Shown here in pieces: positions 24,260 through 37,799 of a stretch of DNA of 64,000 nucleotides. The DNA lies in NCBI GenBank assembly GCA_016748015.1, contig JAAOMT010000779.1:356220-420219 (forward strand), given 5' to 3'. Made by a program: the position numbers and the translations under genes. This DNA comes from Geosiphon pyriformis uo1. Taxonomy: Eukaryota; Fungi; Glomeromycota. Below the pieces are notes generated by a model. The model worked only from the letters and a program-made list of their open reading frames with translations, was not told the origin of the DNA and searched no databases. How positions within the stretch are numbered: position 1 is the stretch's first letter; each line of letters opens with the position of its first letter.

Positions 24260-24930
24260 TCAAGATTGAGCTTCATCGAAATCAAAGTTAATTTCTTCAT
24301 TAAATTCTAAGTTACTATAGTGGTCCAATACTGTGTTATTAATTTGTTGTTGTAATTCTTGAAATTACAAGTTGGTAAATTGTCCAATACTGTTAGTTGT
24401 TATTATGTTCATGGTTGAGTCCAATAATAGTTTGTGACAGTTTTCAAATGCTTTAAAAATTCTGTAAACTGTTTTTAAATAGAATGTAGTATTGGTTTTT
24501 CCAATAAAAGGTTCTAATAGTTGGATTGTTGTTTTGTCAAACACTCTAGTTGAGTCTTTTAAGTATAATGTTTGTATGTTCAAGTGCTTTCCTAGTTGAT
24601 AATAACAGTAGTTAATTGGAAATTTTGTTTTCAAGTTGCTAAATGTGTCTGGTGTTAATTCACTTATTTTTATTTCTTCTATTATTAATGTATTGCCTAA
24701 TATTATTTCTAATTTTTCAATAACTTTGCTGATAAATTTGTTGTTATGTTTGATAATATTATATGATTCAAAATTATGTTCTTTTCTTGTTTTTGGATTT
24801 TCTATTGTTCTTTTTATGTATGTTATTTTGGAGCTATTAACTGTAATTTTCAGATTGAATTTAATTATTGTAAGCTTTTAACTAATTGTTGAATTATATT
24901 GTTGATGTTTTCTGGAATAAGTATCATTGT
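24260..24930 (-). pseudogene. G2 ORF3, unknown function
   Basis: PINYCYYQLGKHLNIQTLY..FYLKTVYRIFKAF..NSIGQF..DFDEAQS*, ending at the PPT. Confidence 0.8.
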
Positions 24931-25009
24931 TTTAATTTTAACTGCTATTTTGGAATCTTTTGCATGCATTTTTATGGTTGTTAAATCATTTTTGCTGTGA
25001 TCTAAGATT

Positions 25010-26391
25010 AATTATTTTTTTGAATAATGTTCAATTAAAACTATTGGTTTTAAATCTCGTGGAATTTGTTTTGGTAGAATTAAAGATAATTGTGTTCCAA
25101 TTCTGGGTGTTTTTGTTGTTATTACTGGTTTACTGTAATAGAATTTCAGCCAGTTACCATGTGCTGCTTTTCTTAATATTTTATCATCTAGTCTTAGCTT
25201 GTATGCTCTATTTCCAAGTATTTTATAAATATAAAATGGTCTATCTCACTTGTGATCAAATTTTCCATTCCATTGTTTTTTCATTTTTGTATGATGCAAC
25301 AATACTTTATCTCTAATTTTGTAGTTAATTATATTATCTGGTAACTGGTTATCATGTCTTATTTTTTGTTGTTTTTGTAATTGTTTAATATTTTGTGTTG
25401 CTTTTCTTCTTTTGTTTTCTAAAGTTTCCATTAATTCATATGTTCTTCTAAGTAGTGTTTCCTGAAATGTTGTTTCAGTGATAGTGTCACTTGGATAAGT
25501 TGGGATAGTAAGTTCAACTGGTAATGTGGCTTTTCTTCCATAAACTAGTTCAAATGGTGTGAATTGTGTAGTATCTTGTTTTACTGTTCTATATGCTAGT
25601 AGTACTGCTAGTATGAACAAATCCCATTCTTTTTCATGTTCGTTACTAATTTTTGCCAGTGATTTGCATAATGTGCGATTAAATCTTTCAACTAATCCAT
25701 TTGTTTGACAGTGGTATGGTGATGACAATGGTTGTTTGATTCCAAATTTTTGGCTAAGTTCTTTTAAGATGCTGTTTACAAAGTGTGTGTCTTGATCTAA
25801 TAGCAATTCTTGTGAACATCTATGCTGGCAAATTAAGTTTTCATGTACAAATTGAGCTATGGAAATAGTATTAGCTGTTTTAATAGCTCTAGCTTCTGGC
25901 CATTTGGTAAAATAGTCCACAGCTACTGCAATATAATGGTTGTTTCTTGTTGTTATTGGTAAGAGTCCAACTAAATCAATTCCAATTCTGTCAAATGACT
26001 GTTCAACTTTTATTGGTCTTAATAATTCCATTGTTTTTGCTTCTCCTCTTTATTGGTATAAGTCATAATTTTTTATGTATTGGATTATGTTTGAACTCAT
26101 TTTTGGCCAATAGTAATGGCTAGTTGCATGTTGGATGGTTGCTGTTTTTTCAAAGTGGCCTGAATGAATATCTGAGTGCATGTTAAATAAGATAGTTTCT
26201 TTTTCATCTAAAGTTATAACTCTTAATAGATTATTTGGATTTTGTTGATTCTGGTAATAAAGTATGTGATTTTGGATGAAATAGTGTTTTGCTAATTTTT
26301 GGAACTTAATTAGCTTTTTTACTGGGATTTTTTCGTCTATTTGTAGTGTTTCTAAGTATTGGCTGAGGTTTTTGTAAAGGTAGTTGTTCAT
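25010..26391 (-). pseudogene. G2 integrase, separate ORF
   Basis: Own ATG at 26391; HSDIHSGH; IGIDL; LDQD; NGLVERFN. Confidence 0.92.
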
Positions 26392-26420
26392 TGTTGTTAT
26401 GGTAGATGGGTTGGTAATTT

Positions 26421-27800
26421 TTATGTGTGTTTCATTCTTGACAAACAGTCAGCATTAGCATTTTTGGTACCTTCTTTGTATTTGATAATATAATCATATG
26501 GTGCTAACATTTGTAACCATTTGGTGTATTTTTTTTTTAGCACTTTTTTGTTATTTAACCAGACCAGACCTCTATGATCTGTGGTAATCTCAAAGAGTTG
26601 GTACCATAAATATGTGTCAAAATGAACACAACTCCAGACTACTACTAAGTATTTAAGTTCATGTGCTGCGTAGTTTTGCTCTGTCATACTGAGATTTCTG
26701 CTGGCATAAACAATTACACATTCTCTTCCATTATCATTTTTTTGTGACAGAATGGCTCCAAGTCCAATTCCAGAGGCATCTGTGGCCAAAATGAATTTTT
26801 TGTTGAAATTTGGATAGATTATTATTGGTGATTTAATAAGCTTTTGTCTAAGGTACTCAAAAGTTTTTTGTTGTGCTTCAGTCTATTTAAATTTCACATT
26901 TTTGAATAGTAGGTAATTAAGGGGTTTGGCGATGTTTGAAAAGTTTTCTACAAAGCAGTGGTAGTAAGATGCAAGTCCTAAAAAGCTTCTAACTTCTGAA
27001 ATGTTTCGAGGTACTGGAAAATTTTTCACTTTGTCTATTTTTGATGGATTTGGTTTTATTCCATTTTTTTCAACTACATGTCCTAAAAATGCTAGCTCAT
27101 TTTTCCCAAAGAAATATTTTTTTAGATTTAGTTTAAGTTCAGCATGTCTTAATCTCTCAAAAACTTGTTGCAAATGTTGGAAATAATCCATGAATTTTAA
27201 TGAGAAAACATTTGTATTATCCAAGTAGACAATAATAGATTGCCACAGGATTTCAGAGTAAATTACATCCATTAGTCTTTGGAATGTTGTGGAAGCATTT
27301 GTCAATCCAAATGGCATTACATTGAACTCATAATTGCTATTTTATGTTGTGAATGCTGTTTTATGTCTGTCTTTTGGGTTCATTTCCACTTGCTAGTATC
27401 CACTGGTCAAGTCCAGTATAGAAAACCATTTTGCTCCTCCAAAAATGTCAAAAATTTCATCAATTAATGATATTGGGTATAAGTCTTTGGTTGTTTTGCT
27501 GTTTAGTTTGTGATAGTTGACACAAAATCTAATTTTTTTATTCTTTTTTCTTACTAAAACAACTAGTAAGAATCATGGGCTCATTGATAATTGGATTATT
27601 CCTTTTTTTAACATGCTTTGGACTTCTTCTCTGATAAAATTATGCTCCATTGGTGGGACACAGTAAGCGCATTGTTTTTCAGGTCTGGCATTTCTAATGG
27701 AGATTTGGTGTTGAACCAAGTTGGTTCTTCCAAATTTGTCATTTTGTAAAAATATATCAGAGTATTTTAAAATTAATGCTTTTAATTGTCACTGTTGGTC
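26421..27800 (-). pseudogene. G2 RT and RNase H (ends with a stop at 26421-26423)
   Basis: MPFGLTNA, IVYLDN, AFLGH; ATDASGIGLGAILSQ..TDH..NADCLSR. Confidence 0.94.
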
Positions 27801-28244
27801 AGAATTCATTGTTCCAATATTTAATTTGGCCAATTCTTCTGGCATAAATTGATAGTATTTCAACAGTTGTTGCCAATTTATTGAAGTAAGTTTACAGTAG
27901 AGAGCAATTTCTGGGAAATTTAGAATTTTTTGTAATGTTGACATGTTTTCTGTTCTGAGGTATCCAATAATGGTATCTTCCAGAATGTAGACAGGTTCTT
28001 CTGTGGTGTTTGCAATAGGAATTTTTATTCATTGAGCTTTATCAGCTGGAATAAAAAGGTTAGTAAGTCCTATGAAAAACTGTTGGCAAGTTTCTGAATA
28101 GAGCTTAAATATTAGGTCTTTTTCTTTAATTGTCTTTTTTATTCTTATTTCTGATTTTTCATATGGTAGAAGTATGATAGACTGCTTAGTTTTAATTACT
28201 TTGCCTTTTTCTTCTATTGTTTCAGTAAAATTTGCTTTAATTTC

Positions 28245-28640
28245 TTTTTCTGTCAATTCGAAACCAAAAGTTCCTCTCGTTGTTTGTAATAATTCCTCAC
28301 AATTTTCCACTGGCACAAATTTCCCAATTTTTACCAATAGTAAGAAAATTGCTTGTGCAATCTTTTCCTTAGATTCAATGGTATAAGGCTTTTCTGAATT
28401 GTTTTGTAGCAAAACCATCAAATTTTCAGTGTATTCAGAGTCAATTACTCCTCCTTGAATGCTTATTTCTTTTTTTGCAAGGCTTGATTACAATGCTATT
28501 TGAATCATTGTTCCTGGCAGAATTTCAACCGCTATTTTTAGGTTAATTTTGGTAATGCTCCTGGATGGTAATGTTGTGGATTTTTTTTCTGGATAATGTA
28601 GATTGAATCCGACATCAGTTGGATAAGCTTTTTTAGGTAT
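28245..28640 (-). pseudogene. dut: G2 dUTPase domain
   Basis: DVGFNL, xSSLAK, GGVIDSEYTENL, KIAQAIF, TRGTFGF. Confidence 0.9.
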
Positions 28641-28819
28641 TATTTCTAAGTGTCTATTGTCAAAGTATCAGATGTCAATCACCTGTTCTAGGTTAGTATA
28701 GGCTACAAATTTTTCTGACCTAGGACCGTCAGGTAAGTCTTGTTGATTTATTGATTGATTTTGAGACTGCTGATTCTCAATTTCCATTTTTTTTTCTAAG
28801 TCTCTTTTATCTTAACACT

Positions 28820-29410
28820 TTTCACAGCACTGATTTTGGCATGGGATAAAACAGTTTTCACAGAGGTAAGTGTTAATTTGGGTGAAGTATTGTTCTTGCT
28901 CTTATTGAGTAGAGCATAGTTGTTAGTAGTAGTCCTGAAATTTGTCCACTGGGTTGAACATGTTGTAGCTGGCAACTTCATCAGCTACTTCAGCTGACTC
29001 TTTTCAATGTCATATTTCTTTAGCAGTTCCTTTTCTGACTTTGGCCTGTGTAGTGTTGTACAACTTGTCCTCATCATATGGGTAGTGCTGTAGTCTTTTT
29101 AACACTCTGTTGAATACTGCTTTGAACAGCATTTCTCTTCTTACCCAGTTACAGATGAGGATCGTGTATTGGCAAGTTGTGTCACATGTTTCTCCTCTGC
29201 CTAGTATGTCATTCCAGTCATACTCTCTTGGTAATGGTTTTCCATAAGCGACACATGATTCCTCATCCCATTTTCCATGTCTTTCTAAATAACTGTATTT
29301 TTCTTTGTTACAATGGTTACAATAGTAGTGAGTGGAGTTTCTTGGGTCTTCATCTGGTGCATTGCATGCAGTCATAGATGAGAGTTTTTTCTTGCAAACT
29401 GAGCATTCTA
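28820..29410 (-). other. G2 Cys/Trp-rich module
   Basis: CSVC..YYCNHC..GKWDEESC..WNDILGRGETCDTTCQYTILICNW. Confidence 0.72.
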
Positions 29411-29619
29411 GCTTTGGTTTGTGTTACTGGTGGTTTTTTCATGAACTTACCTGGTTCTATTTGGATCTTTCTTTGCTGATCCATGTTGATATGGCTGGTA
29501 GTCCTGTTCTTTGGTTATCAGCCCAAGAGAGCTAATAGGTTTTGATGGCTAGTAGTACTGGATTTTCCTCAAATTCGAAGATAGGTCTTTGATTGGTGCT
29601 GGGTTTTTGGAAGTGGTCA

Positions 29620-32150
29620 CAGGTGGCTGGAATTCTGGCCTGATGGCCATTATAATTGATCAAAAACTCTTGAATGGTCCAGTTTAAGGTAGCATTGGCT
29701 TTTGTTAGCCAGTCATTTCCTACTAATGCTTAATATTGTATAGCATTTATTACTAATACTTTTGTAGATATTACTATGCTATTAATTTTGAAAGGAAATG
29801 AGTCAATTTCACCATAAGGCAGCTTTGTACTTCCATCAGCTGTTATGATTTGGGACATCACAGCACAATCAACTTTAAAACTCACTTGGTTTACTAGTTA
29901 AAGCATTACAATGCTTTCAGCAAATCTACTATCTAAGATAAGTTTGATTGGAGTATTGTTTACAGTGGTTTTTATATACATAGTAGTGATTGGGTGTTTT
30001 TTATTCAATGCTGCTCCACTGAACATAGCTTCGTTTTCCTTTAATTCAAAAGAAAAAATAGCTGCGAAGCTGCTATCTTTGGTGGCAACTACTGGTGATA
30101 TTGTTTGGCTCAATTTGTTGGAGGAATTTTCGGTTTTGTTTATGTTTCTACCATCATTGTTTCCAATAATCAGATTTTTCAGTATATTGAGATAAGTTTG
30201 TTGATAATTTTGGTAGTTTGGATTGGTTTGCTGACTGGTTCTGATGTGGTTTGGATTCCTCTGGACCAACGCATTTTGGTTTTACATGAGCTGATTTCAG
30301 GGCTTGGAACACCAATTTGGGTTGGTTATCATGGACTGTTGCTAGTAAGTTCTTTGATTTTAATATGTGGTGAGATATTGGCATGATATTGGTATGTACT
30401 GGTTTCTGGACATTTGGAGTAACATATAATAATTATTTTCACATGCTTTCTGCATCATTCACATTTGATATTGACTAATCAAATGTTCTATGCATTTGCA
30501 AAAATGGCAGGCATGCATTTCTGTTCTGAATTTCTAGCATAACGAGTGATTATTTTGATTGTCACTGACTTTTTGACTGTGTCTTTGGAGTGGTTGGTAT
30601 GTATTTCTTTTTGGATCTGGGATGAGATAACTTTCTATTTTCTTAGAAAGTTTCTCCCCTAATTGTGTTACTCTTTTCTCTAATGTTTCTGTCTTATTTT
30701 CCTTCATTACTATGTTAACTATTTGACTATGATTAGCTTCTTTCTTAGCTGATTCAAAGGCTCTGGTGAGCATAACAGCTTTTGATAAGGAATTAGGGTG
30801 GGCAGGGCATACTCTTCCTAAAATACTGCTTTTTAATCCTCTAATAAACTGATTTAAAACCTGAAGATCAGTATAGTATCCTTGTTCAATTGTTTCAATC
30901 TGACAGTAAATTCGATTGAATTGAGCAAGGTATTGGGTGACAGTTTTACTGGTACTTTGCTTGATAGTATTAAATTCGTTCTGTAATTGGATTATGGTAT
31001 TTGGGTTGCTAAAATACTCCAGGAGTACATTTTTAAATTTGGTAAAACTCATGGGTTTTGTTTCCAGGCTTTGATACCACAAGTCAGCTGTGTCTTTCAG
31101 GAAGAAAAGTAATGTTTGAATTGCTCTTTGGTCATTCTAGTTATTTGCCTGGATGGCTTTTTGTGCTTCTTTGAGCCATGTATACATATCCGTTTCTTCT
31201 TCCTCTTCTAAAAAATCTGTTAGTCTTGTGATGTATGATGTGGCTATTTTGTTGCTGTTTTCTGCTGGTGAACTTATTGGTCTAAAAGGAGATGGGATGA
31301 TATTCTCTTAAGCATTCCTAAAAGTGGCTTCCCTTATATCTGGTTCTTCCTCTTGATCATAAGTTTCTTGGTTTCTGGACTGGCTGCTTGTTTCAGTAAC
31401 CAGTCTTGTGATTGTTTTTTCACTGGTCTTTTTTTCGGATTCCAATTCAAACTTTTCTTCATGGTTTTCAAACCCTGTTCCAAATTTTGGCTGAAAAAAA
31501 GGGTTTTGGAATAGCGATAAATATTCTTCTGTAATTGGTATGTTTCCCTAGTTACATTGTTTAATTTTATCAGTATAACTAAGAGTTCTTGGCATTTGTA
31601 AAGTTGATATTGATGATGATGCAGCTCCTAATGAAATTTGTATCTTATTTTCTGGTAAAAAATGGTATGATTTATTTTCTGGTAAATAAATATGTTGTTT
31701 CTTTATTGATTGAGTGACAGTTTTCTTTGGTGTTTAAGCAGGTGTTCCTAGTTTTTGCTGGTTACTTTCCTGATTAGTTTCTAAATTTTTTTGGTTTTGT
31801 TAATACATTCCCTAATGTTTCCTGTAGATATTAGAAAATTTTTGTTGGCATATTACTCAATTTCTCAATGAATTTTGACAATAGTTGCAGCTATTACTGT
31901 TACTTCCTTTGTAGTGTATTGTGATAATTTTCTATACAATTCAAGTTTTGCATCATGTGGTTTTTCTTCTTTTCCTATATGATAATTTATTTTGGCATTA
32001 ATATAATAAGTGAGAGCAGATTCTACTAGACAACACCCTTCTGGTAATCCAAGATTACTTTGATTTTGTGTGTAAATAGCACGGCAGAATTCAAGAACAG
32101 TAAGATTAGGGGTTTTTGTCACCACTTTTGTCTCTTCTTTTTTAACAATG
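29620..32150 (-). pseudogene. gag: G2 gag and protease
   Basis: WYQSL..QSTSKTVTQYLAQFN (30534-31082); knuckle near 30470-30520; LILDSRFAESI at ~29910-29945. Confidence 0.87.
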
Positions 32151-32207
32151 AATTATTGCTAATTATTATTTCTTTTTTGATTTTCTTTCCTCATAGGATT
32201 CACTAAA

Positions 32208-33058
32208 TGTTATAAGATGGTTTTCTTAATATATATTTAATTGCTAATATCCTGTTCTAATTGCAATCAGTCTCTTGTAAGTTTCTTAATTCTAATTATA
32301 TGATAATATTGGTATTTAAGCTGCTGGTTTTCTCTTGATGTCCTAATATAAGCTATTTTTCAATCTCTGATTGTTGTATGTGTTTATGTACTCCTTCCCA
32401 GAGGCTGAACTAAAATCTACCTGCTGTTTGGAGTCTTTTCTGAGACTATCTTTGCAATTGTCTGATGTGTTTCTCTAATCTAGAAACACAGAATGTTAAT
32501 AGTTTTTAGCACTTTTCTTAATTCTTACAATAAAGCTTTTATCAATTAGTAATAATGTGAATAATCTTGATCAAGGATTATTCTTCTAAGAGATTCAGCT
32601 AATGAATGATAGTTTTATTCAATAAATAATACAAATAAGTTTCTTAATACTTTGGGTTGTGATAATTCAGTTTTAAATATTTTTTTTTATTTCTTTTTGA
32701 TTTAAAGGTTTCTTGGAATATTTTATTTAAAAGTATGATTTAAAGTGGAGTTTGTTGGATAAATTGAATTTATTGCTTGATAAGTTATGATTTTTATTAC
32801 TTCATTGTTTTTCTTAATATTAAAACTACTGTATATATACATGTTTGTCATTCTATAAGAAAACATATTATAATACTTTCTTTTTAATATTTCAATCTGG
32901 TGTTTGCTACTATTGTAAACTGGTGCTTACCACTATTGTGAGATGGTGTTTGCTACTATGTTAATCATTATCTTTCTAAGGTTATTACTGTACTATATTA
33001 TGATTGAATAGTTTATATTATTTTTATAATTCTTTTTCTAAATTCTTAAACCATAACA
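32208..33058 (-). repeat. G2 5' LTR
   Basis: TGTTAT...ATAACA termini; adjacent to the PBS. Confidence 0.96.
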
Positions 33059-33439
33059 ATGTCCTCATTATTAAGTAGTATGCTATAATTTCAGTCAGGG
33101 AGATTTCCTGATTTGTTAATAGAAATCATTCTTTTTATGGTAATAAAAAAAACTAAAGAAGTTTTTAAAAATAATTATAAAACACTAAACAAAATTTTTA
33201 AAATATTACAATATTTAATTACTCTTCTTCTTTATAAGCCACTACCACTATTAAAAGACAATGATAGAACTATTATATCTGGCTTGTTGTTTGCAGGTAT
33301 TATAAAAGTTTTAATAATAATTAACATATGGTACAATACTGCTGCTTTTGGTACTTTGAAAACTGGTAGTGCTTCAAAAGCTAATAGTGCTTTGAAGACT
33401 ATTGCTGTGAGTATTAATAAAGTTATTCTGAATCAAACT

Positions 33440-34450
33440 TTGGCTAACAAGATTACTTTTTTTCTATATTAGGAAAAAAAATTAACAGACTTATAAGTGA
33501 GAATAATGGCCCAATAGGATTTTCTGAGAACAAGTTTGTTAATAGAATATTGCTTAAACAAATCAATTGGGAACAAAGTTTAAATTTATCTTTTCTTAGG
33601 AAAAAAAATATGACTAGTAATAAAACTCAGAACATAAGAATTCTAATATATACCCAATAAATATGTTTTTATACTAACTTTGACATCCATGATTAAAAAA
33701 AGGCTTTATACTAGCAATTATATTCATTATTCAACTAATATTTAGTATTAGCAAATAAAAGTTTAACTAATAATTTTAAAGATATATTAAAAATCAACTT
33801 TTTTGAGGCAAATAAATCTATGTTAAATGCTTTTCATAATCCAAACATAATCATACAAAATGAAAATTCGAATCTAGATTCAACATATTATGTTTTAAAA
33901 ATAGGTATATATAATACAATAGTAATATTAGCACTAAGCTCAATTTTGATGGCCAATAAAATTTTTATATGTGATCCGAATTTTTTAGTTTGTAAAAAAT
34001 ATTGCAAATAAGAGTTAATAAAAAGGAATAACAAAGGACCATGTATTAAAAATTATTATTATCAAACAATTAACAATAGTGGTTATCAAAACTTTATAAA
34101 ATTTATCTAGTGGTTTTCTTTTTAGCAACTAATAAATACCTCAACCATGTGTTTAAATAATGGAACTGGATAGAATTTAGAATTTCACAAAACATGTATT
34201 AGCAAAAAAGCCTGACCCATAATTTTTATATTACAATTCTGGACAAAAATTTTGCCAAATATTATATTAAACAATATGAGTATTAGTGCCATAATGACTG
34301 TGATTTATATTTTATGCAACTTTCAGGCTGCATATATCAAAATCATCATCCACCATAGAAAAAATCATATTATGAATATTGGGTTTATAGTTAACATCTT
34401 CAAAAATACAAATATTGTGTATTAACTGATCATAATTCCAATTATAAATG
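33440..34450 (+). pseudogene. Second, convergent decayed ORF in the DNA transposon; unknown product
   Basis: Long reading frame with scattered stops, including ORF 33820-34011 (ICDPNFLVCKKYC). Confidence 0.4.
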
Positions 34451-34559
34451 ATAATATATTTAATATAAACAAAACTGTACATAATACAATATATTTCTAA
34501 TTTCTTAAAGAATATTTATTAGGCTGTTATATGATTAACTTGATAAGCTTTAAAAACAT

Positions 34560-37330
34560 GATTACTTAAAAGAAGTATTAGAGAGTTAATAATAGATAAT
34601 AGTTGTAATTTTATTAACAGATTTACATTTTTTAATGATCTGTTTTTTTACTTGTTACTATAATTGGTTTCCAAATACTTAACAATGTTTTTTTAATTTA
34701 TTTTGCTTTAAAAAAGTCTATTCTTTTTATCTGTGCAATTTTATTGAATTTTTTTATTTCTTTACTTAATATCTATTCATGACTAATATTATAAAAAACA
34801 TGATTAGAAACATTTAGATTTACAAACTGTGTCTTTCTTATCTGAATTTGAAATTGATTTAATTCAGCAATAAAGCTAAAATGTGTATAAGATTTGTATA
34901 TTTTACTTTTAAAATATCCAATAATATTAAAAAAATTAGTATACAATCTTTTAAATTTGATATAATTATATGTTGCAATTTCCTAATACTGTTGTAAAGA
35001 TGTAGAAAAAATTAACAATTTGAGTATTTTGTTAATTTTTTCAAGTATTATATCATGGTCTTAATGTTGATTTAAAAGTTTAAATCAAGAAATTACAATT
35101 TTTTCTTGAATTAGCTTGCAAACTTTAGACTTCAATTATAATCATTGTTTTTTATTAATTTTAATTAATTGGTAAATAAGATGTTACTAAGCAAACCAAA
35201 TTAGTGTAAATATTTGTTTAACTATAAATCTTAATGAAGACTTATTAAAACAAACTTCAATGCAAAAGTTAATAATTGCTTGTAAATAAAAAAAACTTGT
35301 TTATATTTTAACTTAAATTTAGAATCTGTTTTATTTTGGGCCTATTCTAAATAACTTTCAACAAATGGATTTTTTTTAGAAACAACATATGATCATATTA
35401 ATTCAGAAGCCATTGCATATCTATATATATTATATATTAAATCTTACAACTTATAATAATTAGAACATTTTTTAACATTCTAATATCTTTAATATTATGC
35501 AAAGTATTTTATATTGATATTCTAATTCAGTTTAACAAATGCTTTTAATATATTTATTTCTTTACAAAAAGCACTTGGAACTAATATAAACTAAGAAAAG
35601 TCTTTTTTGATTATTTATACATAATAATAAGATATTTTATCACATATTACTACAACCCATCTATAACTACTATTTTTAATATTAAATATTTCTTTAATAT
35701 GCTCAAAAACCTTTTAAATATTGGCAATTGAGTTTGAATTTATGGCTATTGGATCAGAAACATATAATTACAACATATAAACTTCAATTTCTAAATACAA
35801 TTATGTATTTTCAAATATGTAAGAATGAGGAATAAGTTTTTTGGTAATGTTAACTGATTTATTTAATTAATTTATCTCAGTAATTGTTAATAATTTATCA
35901 CAGTATGCAGAACAAACTCGTTTTTTATTATCAATATTAGACAATTGACAAGCTAGACATTTTTTTAAAGAACCAATTTGGCTTTGATATTGTATCAATT
36001 CATCAATTATATTTGTTTTTTGACTTTCTCTGCACAAAGCTCTTTTAAAATAATGATAAGATAATTAGTAAGTTCTTTATGAATTTCATTTATCATATCT
36101 GAAATTAAAAAAAATAATTTCTTATATTCTTTTTTAAGAAGTTCAAAATACAACCAGGATCTATATTTTGAATATCATTAATTTGATTATAATTAAAAAC
36201 AACAAAACTCATAATAATATTGAATATGACTGTATTATATCCACAATTTAAGTAATTTTTTTGACTTTTTTGTTTATTATCAAAGGCTAAAAATAAAAAT
36301 TCTTTGAGAAGCTTTGACTGTTCTATAGCCAAACTTTTTAATTAGTTAGTAAACTTTTTATAGCAATCAGAACTTATAATATAATTATCAATATTAATGA
36401 TCATTTTCGATCTTATTACTGAATATTTGATTGCTAAAATGGCTAAATTAATAACAAAAACATATTTTAAATACTTTGATTTATATATAAACATCAACTG
36501 TTATAGCATACTTAAAAAGCTTTTTCTCTTCATTTTAATATTTATCTTTATTATAAGTAAGAGTTTCAATAAATTTTACAATAACTAGATTTTGTTTTAC
36601 AAGCCATATTAAAGAACAATATTCTAAAAAACTATTTAAATTAAAACATTCAGGATTTTTTTTCAAACTCATTATATTATTATACAAATTACTTTGTTTC
36701 TTTTTGGCAATTTCTTTTATAAATTTAATATAATCTTGTTGATTATTAAATGCTTCATTTAATTGTTTTTTTAATGTTATATTCTTAAATAATAATTGCT
36801 GATTGATATTTTTTAGCTCTTGTATCCATTTTATATAAATTTTATATATTGAATTTGACAAGAATACTTAGACTCTAAAATCAGAAAAAGTTTTTTCTAA
36901 TTCTAACAACTTGTTATTATTAGAAAGTTTTGGTCTTTTTCTTTTTGTTTTTTCTAAATCTAAAAAAGTTGAATCATTTAATTTAATAATTTGTTTAATA
37001 AAAGACTTTTTAACAATAATTTGATTATAATGTTTTTTACATAAAGAGTAATTGTTTAGAGAGTTAAGTAATATAGTTAATCTAAAAAAATACTTAGTTA
37101 TTTCTATTATTTTTTTTGCTACAATATTAGTTAATGTATGTCACCATCTTTGACTTTTTTTGGTTTCACATTTTACTAATTAACTTTTGTTATATTTATT
37201 GATAAAAGATTCAAATAAACAGAGTAAGTCTTTGGTATTTATTATAAAGCAAGATGTAATTTTAAATCCAATTTAATAAAAAACTACTATGTAAAATTGT
37301 GTAAATTCTTATAAATTTTGAAACTTTGTG
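34560..37330 (-). pseudogene. Decayed DDE-type transposase (Academ/DUF6589-like motifs)
   Basis: FLAFDN; CLAC..CSAYC; WVVVICD; ILVPSAFCKEINILK (resembles PGxFH..MN). Family assignment is by motif resemblance only. Confidence 0.55.
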
Positions 37331-37799
37331 TTTATAAAAATATGTTTTTACTATTAGTTTCGATTTTTATATAAAGTATTTAATCAATAAAATATTATCA
37401 AATTCTCTATACTAATAATGCTAAATACCAATTAGATTACAAGAATTTTTTGTGGATTATTTCAGAATTGATCTACGAAATTTAAAATCTTTCTAACTGA
37501 ATTTACTGACAATATACACATTGTTAAGTAATATATCATAATTTTTTAACATTGTGTTTACTTATTAAGTACTATTTTTTTATTGGTTTATTTTTTTATT
37601 TGTTTTTTTTACTTTTTTTTTTTGTATTTTTTCTATAAATAACATCATACTTTCATAATAGACAGCCAATTTACTTTCTAAATTAATTTACTTAATATCA
37701 TGTTTTGGTCAAAACTATTTTTTTATTGAGCACAATATATAGATCTATACATATTGTAAATAAAATAATGAGTATTGTTAAAAATAACCATGTTTTCGA

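Larger units (their letters stand above)
23396..33058 (-). mobile_element. G2: full-length Ty3/Gypsy element with dUTPase, separate IN ORF and ORF3, inserted in the G3 5' LTR
   Basis: 851-bp LTRs 23396-24246 and 32208-33058; exact TSD ATGT (23392-23395 and 33059-33062); PBS 32189-32205; PPT 24247-24261. Confidence 0.97.
33092..37499. mobile_element. TIR DNA transposon, probably Academ-like, inserted in the G3 5' LTR
   Basis: TIRs CAGTCAGGGAGATTTC / CAGTTAGAAAGATTTT (reverse complement); flanking duplication AATTT; host LTR is colinear on both sides. Confidence 0.82.
16714..37644 (-). mobile_element. G3: non-autonomous Ty3/Gypsy element (gag-PR-Cys-dUT-ORF3, no RT-RH-IN); its 5' LTR hosts G2 and a DNA transposon
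   Basis: LTR 16714-17617 matches 22678-23395 + 33063-33091 + 37500-37644; TSD TTAT/TCAT; PBS 22659-22675; PPT 17618-17631. Confidence 0.88.
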
